Below, piece after piece: positions 45,738 to 54,909 of a stretch of 64,000 nucleotides of DNA. The notes below the pieces were generated by a model. That model made no database searches, was not told where the DNA came from, and saw only the letters and a list, made by a program, of their open reading frames with translations. The stretch is from a virus. Taxonomy: Duplodnaviria; Caudoviricetes. Location: positions 128,001-192,000 of IMG/VR virus record IMGVR_UViG_3300013121_000017, one strand, 5' to 3'. The position numbers and the translations under genes are program-made. Each line of letters begins with the position of its first letter. The stretch's first letter is position 1.

Positions 45738-46736
45738 TTATCCGACGACCGGCTTTTTGCCCTGGCACTTGCCGAGCAATTCGCCGAGTTCCTTGTGGAG
45801 AACACTCACCCGAGTAACCTCCTCGGGAGTGAGGGTCTGGGCGGTGTTGCTGTTTGGCATGCGGAGGATGGCGATCAGCTTGTCCACTCGGTTGAGAAGC
45901 TCGGTCTTGGAGAGGACGTTCCGGCCACTCTTGAGAGGCAGATCACCGCCGTTGGTTTTCTGCTTGTGAATGGCCACGAAGCGGTTGGGGATGTCAGCGA
46001 GCAAGGCGCGTTGCTCGTCCGGGGTCTTGCAGGCCCGGTACGCATCACTGAACGCCTTGATCTGATTCGCGGTGACACCCGGAGAAGCGATTGCGGCCTT
46101 GGTCATCTCCTCGGCCACGATCAGGGTGACCTGTCGTTTCGCTTCGCCCAGAGCCTTCTTCACCGTCTCATGCAGCGTGCCGGCCTTGGGAAGCGTGCCG
46201 AAACACTGCTGGAAGGTGCGTTCGTCAATCACGTCACGAAGCTGACTGCGGGAAACCCCGAACAGCTTGGCGGCGTGGTCCACGGACATGCCGAACGTTT
46301 CGACTTCCGTTGCGGCGTGGTTGAGCTTCACCGCAGGCATGTTGCGTTCGCCATTCTTGTCGTTGGCGGTCTTGGTGAAGTGACGCCTCATCGTGTCGGA
46401 AGGGAAATTCACGACGTAGGCGTTCACAAACTCGGCGTCCTTGCTCAACTCGTAGCGGTGGTTGGTTACGACGATTGCAGGGAACTTCTTTCCCTTCTGC
46501 AAGTCCTTCTCCATCGTGTCGAGCCAGTCCTGAATCAACGGCTGTTCCAGCCGCGCCTGATTCTTCAGACTGGCAGAGCGGTCGATTCTTGACCGCTTGA
46601 GCTTCACGAAGTTCCACTGACCGGAGGGCGGGTCGATGTCCTTGGCACATTCGGTGAGGCCGAGCCTCAGCAGTTCCTGCTCCAGCACCTCATCACGCAG
46701 AAGGCTGGAATGGGCGATGCTGATCGAGTTCTTCAT
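45738..46736 (-). CDS. hypothetical protein (possible ParB-like/HTH)
   Basis: 332-aa ORF with SD; HAAKLFGVSRSQL HTH-like segment. Confidence 0.65.
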   Translation of the reverse strand: MKNSISIAHSSLLRDEVLEQELLRLGLTECAKDIDPPSGQWNFVKLKRSRIDRSASLKNQARLEQPLIQDWLDTMEKDLQKGKKFPAIVVTNHRYELSKDAEFVNAYVVNFPSDTMRRHFTKTANDKNGERNMPAVKLNHAATEVETFGMSVDHAAKLFGVSRSQLRDVIDERTFQQCFGTLPKAGTLHETVKKALGEAKRQVTLIVAEEMTKAAIASPGVTANQIKAFSDAYRACKTPDEQRALLADIPNRFVAIHKQKTNGGDLPLKSGRNVLSKTELLNRVDKLIAILRMPNSNTAQTLTPEEVTRVSVLHKELGELLGKCQGKKPVVG

Positions 46737-46877
46737 GTGATCTCCTGATTAGAAGACTTGAAGGGTGGGCAGATGACAATGAAAACACTACATGTCAATC
46801 ACCTTCATTGCTGATTGACAGTATAATGGACTGCGCTGACCAAGGCAAATCGAAAAAGCTGAATTTGGGGGAAGGTC

Positions 46878-47279
46878 ATGAAAAGGACGGTCGAGGAGTG
46901 GTGTGCGAGAATGTGGAGAGGCATGAAGAGCCGGGTGAAAAATCGGCCCACCTACGCGGACGTGGAGATCAGATGCAGCCGCAGCGAATTCATGATCTGG
47001 GCAATGCCCAGAGTGCGTGCCTTCCTGTACTTCAACCCCGACCAGACGCCCTCCCCAGATCGAATCAATGACGGCCACTACGATTTGGGGGACATGCGGA
47101 TAATCGACGCAGACGAGAACCGGCGGCGATCACGGTTCATCGCTAAGTACCTGAAGCTAGACAAGTTAGAGACGGAAGACGAGAAAATTGAGGTGCTGGC
47201 AATCAATACTGTAGCGACAATGAAGCACGCCGGAATCGACAAGAAGAAGTTCATCGATTTCTTGCAGACCAGAATATAA
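46878..47279 (+). CDS. degenerate HNH-like protein
   Basis: WRGMKSR...SPDRINDGHYDLGDMR...EN. Confidence 0.6.
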   Translation: MKRTVEEWCARMWRGMKSRVKNRPTYADVEIRCSRSEFMIWAMPRVRAFLYFNPDQTPSPDRINDGHYDLGDMRIIDADENRRRSRFIAKYLKLDKLETEDEKIEVLAINTVATMKHAGIDKKKFIDFLQTRI

Positions 47280-47282
47280 TGA

Positions 47283-47477
47283 TCAGATGTATCGTGGGCC
47301 GTGCTTTCTCTCGAACTCTTCTTCCTCGGCGTTCGCGCGATCCACTTCTTTCTTCTCTTTGATGCCGGCGTTCCAGGCCATCTTCAAGAGGATCTCCAAT
47401 GCGTCCCGGCTGAAAGTGTATTCCTTCTTGCCGGGAGGCACGGATTCTTTCATCCACCGCTCGAATGCGTAGCTCAT
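47283..47477 (-). CDS. hypothetical protein
   Basis: coupled small ORF. Confidence 0.55.
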   Translation of the reverse strand: MSYAFERWMKESVPPGKKEYTFSRDALEILLKMAWNAGIKEKKEVDRANAEEEEFERKHGPRYI

Positions 47478-48142
47478 AGGTAGTTTTTTTCGAGCTTCCT
47501 TGCCCGCCCTTTCATCTCTTCGAGTTCCCTCTCCAGTGCAAGCACACGCTGCTGCGTGGCATCGAAGTAGTCGTCATAGCTGACCCACTGGAACCGCATG
47601 AGCATGTCCGAGATGGTCTGCTCGGGTACGCCGTGGACGGTCTTTTCGCACAGCATCTTGGCGATCTCGCCCGCCTTGACGCGGTCCTGCTCCATATTCT
47701 CCTGCTTCTTGGCCAGGAGGAACGGCAAAACCGTTTCCTTCCACCACGGAGAATCCGGGTAGACGAAGTGGACCGCGTAGCCGTGATCCAGGGCGTAGTC
47801 GAGGTAGATGCGGAAGCCCTGAAGCGAGATGTTCGTGTTGTCCACGATGATGGACTTCGGGAACGTCTTGTCCTTCCACGGTTCCTTCATGCAGGCCAAC
47901 ACTTTGGCCTCGCAGTCGCGGTGGCCCAGGTGAGCCTTCTGAGGCGTCCAGTTCTTCCGGTACTCCTCACCCTCACCGTAGAAGTGATCCGCCGAGAAGA
48001 TCGGGGCGTTGCGAAGCCGCTCGGACAGACGCTGGGCGCGGTGGCTCTTCCCCGTGCCGGGGATGCCACGCATGACGTAGAGATCCAGAGCCTGCCCCTG
48101 ACCGCACATGAACAGTTCCATGTCGAAACCGTGCGTCAACAT
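47474..48142 (-). CDS. P-loop kinase (AAA_33/N4BP2-like)
   Basis: RGIPGTGKS, SADHF, IVDNTN, HGVP. Confidence 0.85.
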   Translation of the reverse strand: MLTHGFDMELFMCGQGQALDLYVMRGIPGTGKSHRAQRLSERLRNAPIFSADHFYGEGEEYRKNWTPQKAHLGHRDCEAKVLACMKEPWKDKTFPKSIIVDNTNISLQGFRIYLDYALDHGYAVHFVYPDSPWWKETVLPFLLAKKQENMEQDRVKAGEIAKMLCEKTVHGVPEQTISDMLMRFQWVSYDDYFDATQQRVLALERELEEMKGRARKLEKNYL

Positions 48143-48339
48143 GAAGTATCCTCCATTGATTCCCATTCGAGACTCCACCACGGCGCATCTACGTCACGAT
48201 AGACAAGACGCGGCTTCTTGTAAAGAGGTTCGTCTTGTTTTCGCTCGCCGTACTTGAACTTGTGGTAGAAGATCAGCCCCTTGGGAGACGGCAAAGGCTG
48301 TACGGCCAACAACTTACCGGCGATGAGGGTCGAGTTCAC
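48136..48339 (-). CDS. mini-protein resembling a major capsid protein segment
   Basis: LIAGKLLAVQPLPSPKGLIFY...FKYG. Confidence 0.6.
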   Translation of the reverse strand: MNSTLIAGKLLAVQPLPSPKGLIFYHKFKYGERKQDEPLYKKPRLVYRDVDAPWWSLEWESMEDTSC

Positions 48340-48530
48340 TTGTCCTTCTTTTCGACCTGGGCCTCAAGCTGTTTGACTCGTTCCTTCAAGTCCTTGTAGT
48401 CCTCACCGGCAGTCCTGATCATGAAGATCAACAGGCCGAAAATAAGTAACGTCATGATTGCACCAAGGCAACCGGGGCTATTTGCCTCACGCTCTTTGCG
48501 GATGATCTCTTTGACATCCCATTCAGTCAT
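48336..48530 (-). CDS. small membrane protein
   Basis: GCLGAIMTLLIFGLLIF TM plus coiled coil. Confidence 0.6.
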   Translation of the reverse strand: MTEWDVKEIIRKEREANSPGCLGAIMTLLIFGLLIFMIRTAGEDYKDLKERVKQLEAQVEKKDK

Positions 48531-48532
48531 GG

Positions 48533-49447
48533 TTAGTTCCCGTGCCAGGATTCGATGAAGCGGACAGTGCCGCTGTTTGACCGCATGAAGACACTGTGGG
48601 TGATCGGCCCGCGACCGTCCCACCGCACGCCCTTGAGCATCGAGCCATTCGTGATGCCGGTCCCCACGAAGCAGCAAGGCCCAGCAACCAGATCTTCAAT
48701 TCCCAGGATAGGCTCGCCCCAGTCTGGACAATCGTTCGGCCAGACCTGTCCTTGGAAGTGGCCTCCCATGCACTTGATTGCAGCCGCCGTGATGACGGCC
48801 TCGGGTGCGCCACCGATACCGTACTGAATGTCGATGCCAGAGTCAGGCAGACATGCAGCGATACCGGCTGACACGTCACAGTCCTGAATCAGCTTGAGAC
48901 GAACACCCAGCTTGCGAGCCACGGCGACGAAGACATCATGACGGGGACGCTTCAACATGCACACCGTCAACTGGTTTAATGGCTTGTTGAGCCAGTCGGC
49001 AGCGAGCTTCAGATTGTAATCTAGCGGGTGTTCCAGAGATAGACCGGCTTTGGCGAGCCTGGGACCACACGCCAGCTTGAGCATGTAGTGGGCTTCGGTC
49101 GTGAACATAGTGTTGTGGCCAGAGAAAGCCATAACACTCAGGGCTTCAGGTCCGCCCTCGGCAGTAGGTGTCGTTCCCTCGATTGGGTCCACGGCGATGT
49201 CGTAGAGAAGGTCGGGACCAGACCCCACGAACTCACCCTGAAAGAGGCCGGCTGACTTGTCTTTCTTGCCTTCGCCGATCTTGATCTCGGCGCGAATGTT
49301 GAGAGAATCGAGACGCTTTCGCATGGCATCGACTGCCGCTGTGTCTGCGGCAATCTTGTCGCCAGATCCAACCCACCGAGATGCCGAAATAGCGGCAGCC
49401 TCGGTTACACGAACCATTTCAAGTCCGATGTTCTTCAGAGAGTCCAT
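48533..49447 (-). CDS. glpX: class II fructose-1,6-bisphosphatase
   Basis: VRVTEAAA, IGEG, DIAVDPIEGT, RPRH, GGAPE, TGITNG. Confidence 0.93.
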   Translation of the reverse strand: MDSLKNIGLEMVRVTEAAAISASRWVGSGDKIAADTAAVDAMRKRLDSLNIRAEIKIGEGKKDKSAGLFQGEFVGSGPDLLYDIAVDPIEGTTPTAEGGPEALSVMAFSGHNTMFTTEAHYMLKLACGPRLAKAGLSLEHPLDYNLKLAADWLNKPLNQLTVCMLKRPRHDVFVAVARKLGVRLKLIQDCDVSAGIAACLPDSGIDIQYGIGGAPEAVITAAAIKCMGGHFQGQVWPNDCPDWGEPILGIEDLVAGPCCFVGTGITNGSMLKGVRWDGRGPITHSVFMRSNSGTVRFIESWHGN

Positions 49448-49526
49448 ACACGATCCCCAAGATGAAGTGTTACTTGTGCTACAGGTCGGCAACAAGTACC
49501 AACCTCGCACGACGGGTTACTTCATT

Positions 49527-49916
49527 CTACGGAGCGGTAGGCGTTGGAGTCGGAGATGGAGGCGGCGTGCCAGGAGCGGGCTTCTGAGCCGATGAGTCAT
49601 CATCCTTGCCCATGACCTTGCCGATGTTGACAGGCTCGGCGGTCAGCACATCGAGCAGTTCACCAAGCCGCTTGTTCTGCGGTTCGTTGAAGAGTGCCTG
49701 GGCGTTTTTCTGGACTTTGGGAGAGAGTTTCTTCCAGAGAGCGGAAGACATCAAGGTCTTCGACACGTTGTCGAGATCGAGTTGTTCGAGCGGGATGTCC
49801 TCGCCGGTCTTGTCGTTGATGGTATCGTCAAGACCCATGTTGGAAATAAGAACTGTACGGAGGTGCTTGCTCTCGTCAGCCTCCCGCAGTATGCAGTAAT
49901 CGCGAAACGTCTTCAT
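49527..49916 (-). CDS. hypothetical protein
   Basis: MKTFRDYCILRE start. Confidence 0.7.
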   Translation of the reverse strand: MKTFRDYCILREADESKHLRTVLISNMGLDDTINDKTGEDIPLEQLDLDNVSKTLMSSALWKKLSPKVQKNAQALFNEPQNKRLGELLDVLTAEPVNIGKVMGKDDDSSAQKPAPGTPPPSPTPTPTAP

Positions 49917-49953
49917 GCCTGTATTATATGGTCCTGGGCCGCTAAATAAGACG

Positions 49954-50793
49954 ATGAGAACCACGACATTCCGAGAATGGTTGGCAAAGTCCCCTGAAGA
50001 CTTGTACGGAATCGACCCGGAACAAAACATTCCGGCTGAGATCCGTCGTATGCGCCGCGCCGAGAACTACGACAAGCCCGGCGGCAACCTGTCGCCATCC
50101 AAGCTCATGTCTGAGCTTGTGAAGATGGGTCCGGTCAACAACAAACAGCCGCAACGGTTATGGAATGACGTGGTGGGCTATGGCGATCACGAACGCCCTG
50201 GAGCTTTGCTGGCAACCATGACGCCGGCAGGAAGTATCCGCATCAACATCCGCAAGTTGGCCATCGACCTCGAAGGTACAAAGGTGTGGACGTTGAAGAA
50301 AGTGATTCCGTTGGTCGATCAGATAGATGTCAAGGATCGTGGCGACATCGCCGAAACTGGCCTCGCTTACGAATACCATGAAGCCATCGAGCGGATTGAC
50401 GGCGCAGAACATGACGCACCCAAGAACGACTTCAAGAATACCGAAACACTCGCTTTGAAGATCGCGGCGGCTGCCAGGAGGAATCATCCCTCGGTGATGC
50501 ACTACGCCGGCATCCGCAAACATGATGAACACCACTATCAGATCTACTTCCAGTACCGTGGTCACGGGGCTGGTGGCGACACGCCGGGGCAGAGCTTCCT
50601 TGAACAATTTGACATCCATGTCAAGTATTACCCCCAGCGTGGGGTGCTACGGTCGTGGGGTGGTGAGGTTCAGTCCCCCAAGAAAGGTCACAGATGGAAA
50701 CTGATGCCATCTGAGTGGGACGAGTATTTCATGCCGACCCAGCCGATGGAAGAGATCACCGAGGCCGTCATCCAGTCTTTTGTGATTTACTGA
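49954..50793 (+). CDS. hypothetical late protein
   Basis: TAAATA 5 nt before ATG; TFREWL. Confidence 0.75.
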   Translation: MRTTTFREWLAKSPEDLYGIDPEQNIPAEIRRMRRAENYDKPGGNLSPSKLMSELVKMGPVNNKQPQRLWNDVVGYGDHERPGALLATMTPAGSIRINIRKLAIDLEGTKVWTLKKVIPLVDQIDVKDRGDIAETGLAYEYHEAIERIDGAEHDAPKNDFKNTETLALKIAAAARRNHPSVMHYAGIRKHDEHHYQIYFQYRGHGAGGDTPGQSFLEQFDIHVKYYPQRGVLRSWGGEVQSPKKGHRWKLMPSEWDEYFMPTQPMEEITEAVIQSFVIY

Positions 50794-51458
50794 TCTTTCG
50801 GAAACAAGTTCCTGTACTCTTCGATCACTTCCGGCTTTGTCACGCCCGAGAGTACCGTCACCTTTGCCCCCAACCTCTGAAGGGTGGGAGATAGTGCGAC
50901 AAAGTAGGGCCGGATGAACCCGAACTTGAGCCACTTGTCAATCTCGCCTGACGTGAACCGCTTCTCAAGAAATTGAGGGGTGATGTCTTCGCCGTACTTC
51001 TTGAGGAAGGCCAGACTGGTTTTCAGATCGGAACGAACCATCTCCATCGAGACTTTTTCTTCTTGTGGATCAGCATTGCCAGCCCGACGTTCGCGGGCTG
51101 CCTTGATCCACTTCTGGTAGAGTCCCCAACGACGTTCGGCTGCCGGGCCGACACACATGTTCGGGGTGACGTAGCACTCCTCATCGTTCTTCTTGCAGAC
51201 GTACAGTTGCGCCCTCATCCAGAACTTCAAATCGGCCAGGGCAACGATACCTCTGGTCCGCCGAATCATTCTGATCATGGCCTTGAATAGTGCTGATTTC
51301 CTTGGATCGCCTGTCCTTCTGAGCGTGTTGCCCGGCCCGAGCCTCATGTCTGGAAAATACTCAACAGTCAGCTTCTGCCATAGCAGCGAAAGCTGGTACG
51401 CCTGAGTTTCCTCTTCTGTCATCTCGAACTGAAGAGGGATGCTGAATAGATCGTCCAC
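50787..51458 (-). CDS. hypothetical protein
   Basis: 223-aa ORF with GAGGT SD. Confidence 0.7.
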   Translation of the reverse strand: MDDLFSIPLQFEMTEEETQAYQLSLLWQKLTVEYFPDMRLGPGNTLRRTGDPRKSALFKAMIRMIRRTRGIVALADLKFWMRAQLYVCKKNDEECYVTPNMCVGPAAERRWGLYQKWIKAARERRAGNADPQEEKVSMEMVRSDLKTSLAFLKKYGEDITPQFLEKRFTSGEIDKWLKFGFIRPYFVALSPTLQRLGAKVTVLSGVTKPEVIEEYRNLFPKDQ

Positions 51459-51636
51459 GTCGCACCTCGCCTTTGGCCTTCCCGGTCACCTTCAGCTTAT
51501 GTAGACGCGCACCCGCCTCTAGCGAATTCGCCAGTTCGGAGTCCGACATAACCTCAAGAGAGGCAATGTACTCGGATTCGGTTTGCATGTCTAGTTCCCT
51601 TCTTTCAAAAAGCGCTCTTGCCAGGAGAGCAGCCAT
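51361..51636 (-). CDS. small hypothetical protein
   Basis: TATAAT 5 nt before ATG; alternative start at 51588. Confidence 0.4.
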   Translation of the reverse strand: MAALLARALFERRELDMQTESEYIASLEVMSDSELANSLEAGARLHKLKVTGKAKGEVRRGRSIQHPSSVRDDRRGNSGVPAFAAMAEADC

Positions 51637-51753
51637 GACGTATTATACCACAAACCCGTCTTCTCCTTCAAGACGAAGACAGGGTTCCCGTCCATGTTAC
51701 GCGCCTTCATGACTAGATGCAAAAGTGTACAGTAGTGTACACGTCATTTGGAA

Positions 51754-51782
51754 TTGACGACGTAAAACATGGGGACTACACT
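51754..51782 (+). promoter_or_regulatory. sigma70-like promoter
   Basis: TTGACG-17 nt-TACACT. Confidence 0.7.
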
Positions 51783-51834
51783 ACCACTACCGACACTACC
51801 GACTACTACCGACTACTACCCAACTACTTCGACT
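51775..51834 (+). repeat. CTAC/ACTACCGAC tandem repeats
   Basis: ctacactaccactaccgacactaccgactactaccgactactacccaactac. Confidence 0.85.
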
Positions 51835-52282
51835 CGGAGTGCATCCGCCTAAAGATGCCTTGTGCCTACCGTGGCTAGTACCCGCTGTTGTAGGTGCATG
51901 TCAAGCCGTGCGGCTGAAACCTGTGAGGGGCTTCGCTCTACTTAGCCAAAGAAAAGGTGTCGGCGTCCTGCGCCGGCATGGATCGGACCACCGGGGCCAA
52001 TCCTATCCTCACAAGTGTTACGAGGTCAGCGGCTGACCACCCCCTAAAAAAGCTGTCGGGGGGCTTGTACTGTCGTCTCGTCACTTTAGGCTCACTTTCT
52101 TCGTGATCCGTCGAGCCGCGAAGTCTAACAGACGGGTAATGCTTGAACGCATAAGCGACGGTTTGGTCAGAAACGTTCCAGTAGCACAAAAAACAGGTAC
52201 GCATGCTCAGAGTACCCATCCTGGGTAATCTCCAAGGTATGCCTTTGCAGTAGGAGTGGGTTCAATTCCCACTCCATTTTTT
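51789..52282 (+). ncRNA. candidate ~490-nt non-coding RNA
   Basis: bounded by the promoter and GGAGTGGG-TTCAATT-CCCACTCC-ATTTTTT; no credible ORF. Confidence 0.5.
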
Positions 52283-52478
52283 ACTTGCAAAGTCAACTCC
52301 CTTAGAGACAGCCACCCGGTATGCGCAGAATAAGATTAGAAGGGAAAAACCCGAACAGGTGTACACTCCCCTTCACTCCCCTCACACACCCGTATCTATT
52401 CCTATCTCCCCTTGAGTGCGGACTGGTGAAGTGGCCTGGAATCGCCTATGATGGTGAGGACATCATGAGGCGAGAAAA

Positions 52479-53819
52479 TTGGATAGCACCTACACCGAAC
52501 TCAGTTTCCTGTTGAATGCTGCGACGAAAGAGGGGAAGGCGATCTACCTTCACCTTGAACCGGCGGTGTGGGACATTACGGACCCGAAGTCGGAAAAGAA
52601 CCTTGCTGTCTGCACGCCCGAGTCTCGCTTCACGATCCCTTTGGTTGACAATCTGCCGTTCATTTTCGCGGCACTCAAGCATTCAATCCTGGCCGAGGGT
52701 CGCATCGTCATCGGGTGGGATCTCAAGCCGATGTTCTCATGGTTCAAGAGGAACCTCAAGAATGCCGATCTGCCCAAGCTGAAATACTTCGATTTGAAGT
52801 TGCTGGAACACTACTCGGGTGTGAAGCTGGCAAAGCCAGCGACGTTTGATGAAGCTCAGACCCGCGTCAATTCGGTAACGAAGCAGGACAACTGGACCCA
52901 GGCTACGACCATCTGGCAGAAGGTGATGAAGCCTTTGGCCATGACGGTGATTCCGTCCATCGAGTGCGAAGGCGTCTTGAACATCGAGCGTGAGGCCCGT
53001 GTACACCCGTGCTACGAGATTGAAGCCCAGGAGAACGGGCGGATGTCTTGTACGGCTGCGTTCCAGTGGGGCGTCAATGCCTTGACCATTGGCGATGAGC
53101 TTGGCTCAAAGCTCAGACCGCGTCACCTTGATGATGTCTTCATGTACTTCGACTACCAGAACATGGAAGTCGCGGTGTTGCAGTGGCTGGCCGAGGATGA
53201 CGACCTTGGCGAGATCCTGGCCGGCGATGCCGATGTGTACGAGACTTTGTTCAAGAGGATCATCGGCGGTCAGCACCAAAATGCGCGTAAGTTCGCCAAA
53301 AGTTTCTTCTTGCCGACTATCTATGGTATGTCGGCATCGGGGCTTGCTGAGAAATGCAAGCTGCCGGAACGGCTCGCTCAGACTGTCATCCACCGTCTCA
53401 ACGAGCAGTTTGCGAAATCCTTCCGTTATGTCGAACGCTTCCAAGAGGACGCCAAACAAGGCGTCGTCCGTGACCACTTCGGGCGTAAACGTTTCTTTTC
53501 AGATGCGTACCACAAGGCCCGAAACACTGCCATCCAATCCCCGGCCACGGCAATTTGCCTTGAGCGATTAGTCGCTCTACACACACTTAATGTCTCCCCT
53601 GTCCTGATGTCGATTCACGACGGTTTCGTTGTGTCGGCTAACCCCAGGAACGTCACCGACGTGTACATGGCGGTGAAAGAGTGCCTGCAAGCCGAGTCAA
53701 GCTTGGCTCCGGGCCTGAAGTTGAAGGTGTCTTGCAAAGCAGGACGTAGCCTCGCAGACAAGGAGATGACGCCTATAATTGCACATGGTTCCCCTACGGT
53801 CCCAGAAGGAGAAAGTTGA
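52479..53819 (+). CDS. compact family A DNA polymerase
   Basis: motif A DYQNME, motif B RKFAK...IYG, RDHFGRKR, IQS, motif C IHDG. Confidence 0.85.
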   Translation: MDSTYTELSFLLNAATKEGKAIYLHLEPAVWDITDPKSEKNLAVCTPESRFTIPLVDNLPFIFAALKHSILAEGRIVIGWDLKPMFSWFKRNLKNADLPKLKYFDLKLLEHYSGVKLAKPATFDEAQTRVNSVTKQDNWTQATTIWQKVMKPLAMTVIPSIECEGVLNIEREARVHPCYEIEAQENGRMSCTAAFQWGVNALTIGDELGSKLRPRHLDDVFMYFDYQNMEVAVLQWLAEDDDLGEILAGDADVYETLFKRIIGGQHQNARKFAKSFFLPTIYGMSASGLAEKCKLPERLAQTVIHRLNEQFAKSFRYVERFQEDAKQGVVRDHFGRKRFFSDAYHKARNTAIQSPATAICLERLVALHTLNVSPVLMSIHDGFVVSANPRNVTDVYMAVKECLQAESSLAPGLKLKVSCKAGRSLADKEMTPIIAHGSPTVPEGES

Positions 53820-54373
53820 AGTCAATCCTTGATGTTTGGAAAGTAACACCAGACGAATACAACCAGTTGGACAAGGCATTCGGACAACTCTGCTACTACG
53901 CGGCGTGGCAACTCTCAAGGAAGAACACGAAGAACAATCACCAGAACGACCTCGAAGACTTCTACCAAGAACTCGTCTTCTCGTTGCTCAGGGCAGGAGC
54001 CTACACCAAGCGTCAGGTCTACATCGAGGCAAGCCTCGCTGCCTGCGCGGAACACGTCAAGGACGACTTCTGCCGTAAGATCCTTGACGGACTTCAGGAT
54101 CTTTGGAACAATCGCACCCGTCACGGGGCCAACAGGCAGAAGTTTGGCCCACGCCAGGAAAAGATGCTCGACCGTCTTCTTGCGAAGGTCGTGCCGGTCG
54201 AGCAGAGGCCGTCGAAGGACCGTCCGCTTGAAATCGACGCCAAGTTCGCACGATACTGCAAGCAGATCGTGTGGAACCAGCAGCGGTCGATGGGCAAGAA
54301 GATCACCCGTGAAAAGCCGCTCCGTGTCGGCATGGTTTCTCTCTCGGAGTTCGATTACCTGGGGAGTCTGTAA
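53816..54373 (+). CDS. hypothetical protein, possibly sigma region-2-like
   Basis: QLCYYAAW...DLEDFYQE...KFARYC. Confidence 0.55.
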   Translation: MKSILDVWKVTPDEYNQLDKAFGQLCYYAAWQLSRKNTKNNHQNDLEDFYQELVFSLLRAGAYTKRQVYIEASLAACAEHVKDDFCRKILDGLQDLWNNRTRHGANRQKFGPRQEKMLDRLLAKVVPVEQRPSKDRPLEIDAKFARYCKQIVWNQQRSMGKKITREKPLRVGMVSLSEFDYLGSL

Positions 54374-54909
54374 TGGAAGAGGTCAAGAAGAAGTTCGTCG
54401 TCATCTACGCCTACGATCCGTCATACCCGGACAAAGTGCTGCTCGTTCAGAAGGACCGACCCGCATGGCAAAAGGGATGCCTGAATCTCCTGGGCGGCAA
54501 GGTAGAGCCGGGGGAGTCGGAGCTTGAGACGGCCCTGCGTGAACTGAAAGAAGAGAGTGGCTTGACGGTCAAGTCAATTCATCGCAAGCGGCGTGGCGGA
54601 CACCCTGACGTGAAGTTGATGGGTGCTATTGTCAGCGAAACCAGTATGGTGTATTGTGTGTCATTGCCCGTTGACAGCACAGTCACGCTGAAGCCTCGTA
54701 AGGGCGAGACGGAAGTAGCGCAGTGGCACGATTGGGAAGTTGTGAAATCCGACCCCCGACTGATGCCGAACCTACGATGTGTTATCCCCATGATCAAAGC
54801 CGGCGTCACCGGCTGGTTCCTTAGTGGGGGTGCAATAGCCGAGGCGGTGTACGAGGCGAACATTCGGTTTCTGCTGGATGCGCCAGTACCACACAAGCCA
54901 GAGGAATGA
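54373..54909 (+). CDS. Nudix hydrolase
   Basis: GGKVEPGESELETALRELKEESG. Confidence 0.92.
   Translation: MEEVKKKFVVIYAYDPSYPDKVLLVQKDRPAWQKGCLNLLGGKVEPGESELETALRELKEESGLTVKSIHRKRRGGHPDVKLMGAIVSETSMVYCVSLPVDSTVTLKPRKGETEVAQWHDWEVVKSDPRLMPNLRCVIPMIKAGVTGWFLSGGAIAEAVYEANIRFLLDAPVPHKPEE

Noticed and set aside
51775-51834. Possible CRISPR array
   Set aside because: Units are 4-9 nt with no unique spacers, and there are no cas genes in the window.
52253-52276. tRNA or tmRNA 3' end
   Set aside because: The T-loop-like hairpin has no matching acceptor or tag ORF and is followed by a T-run, so it is better read as a terminator.
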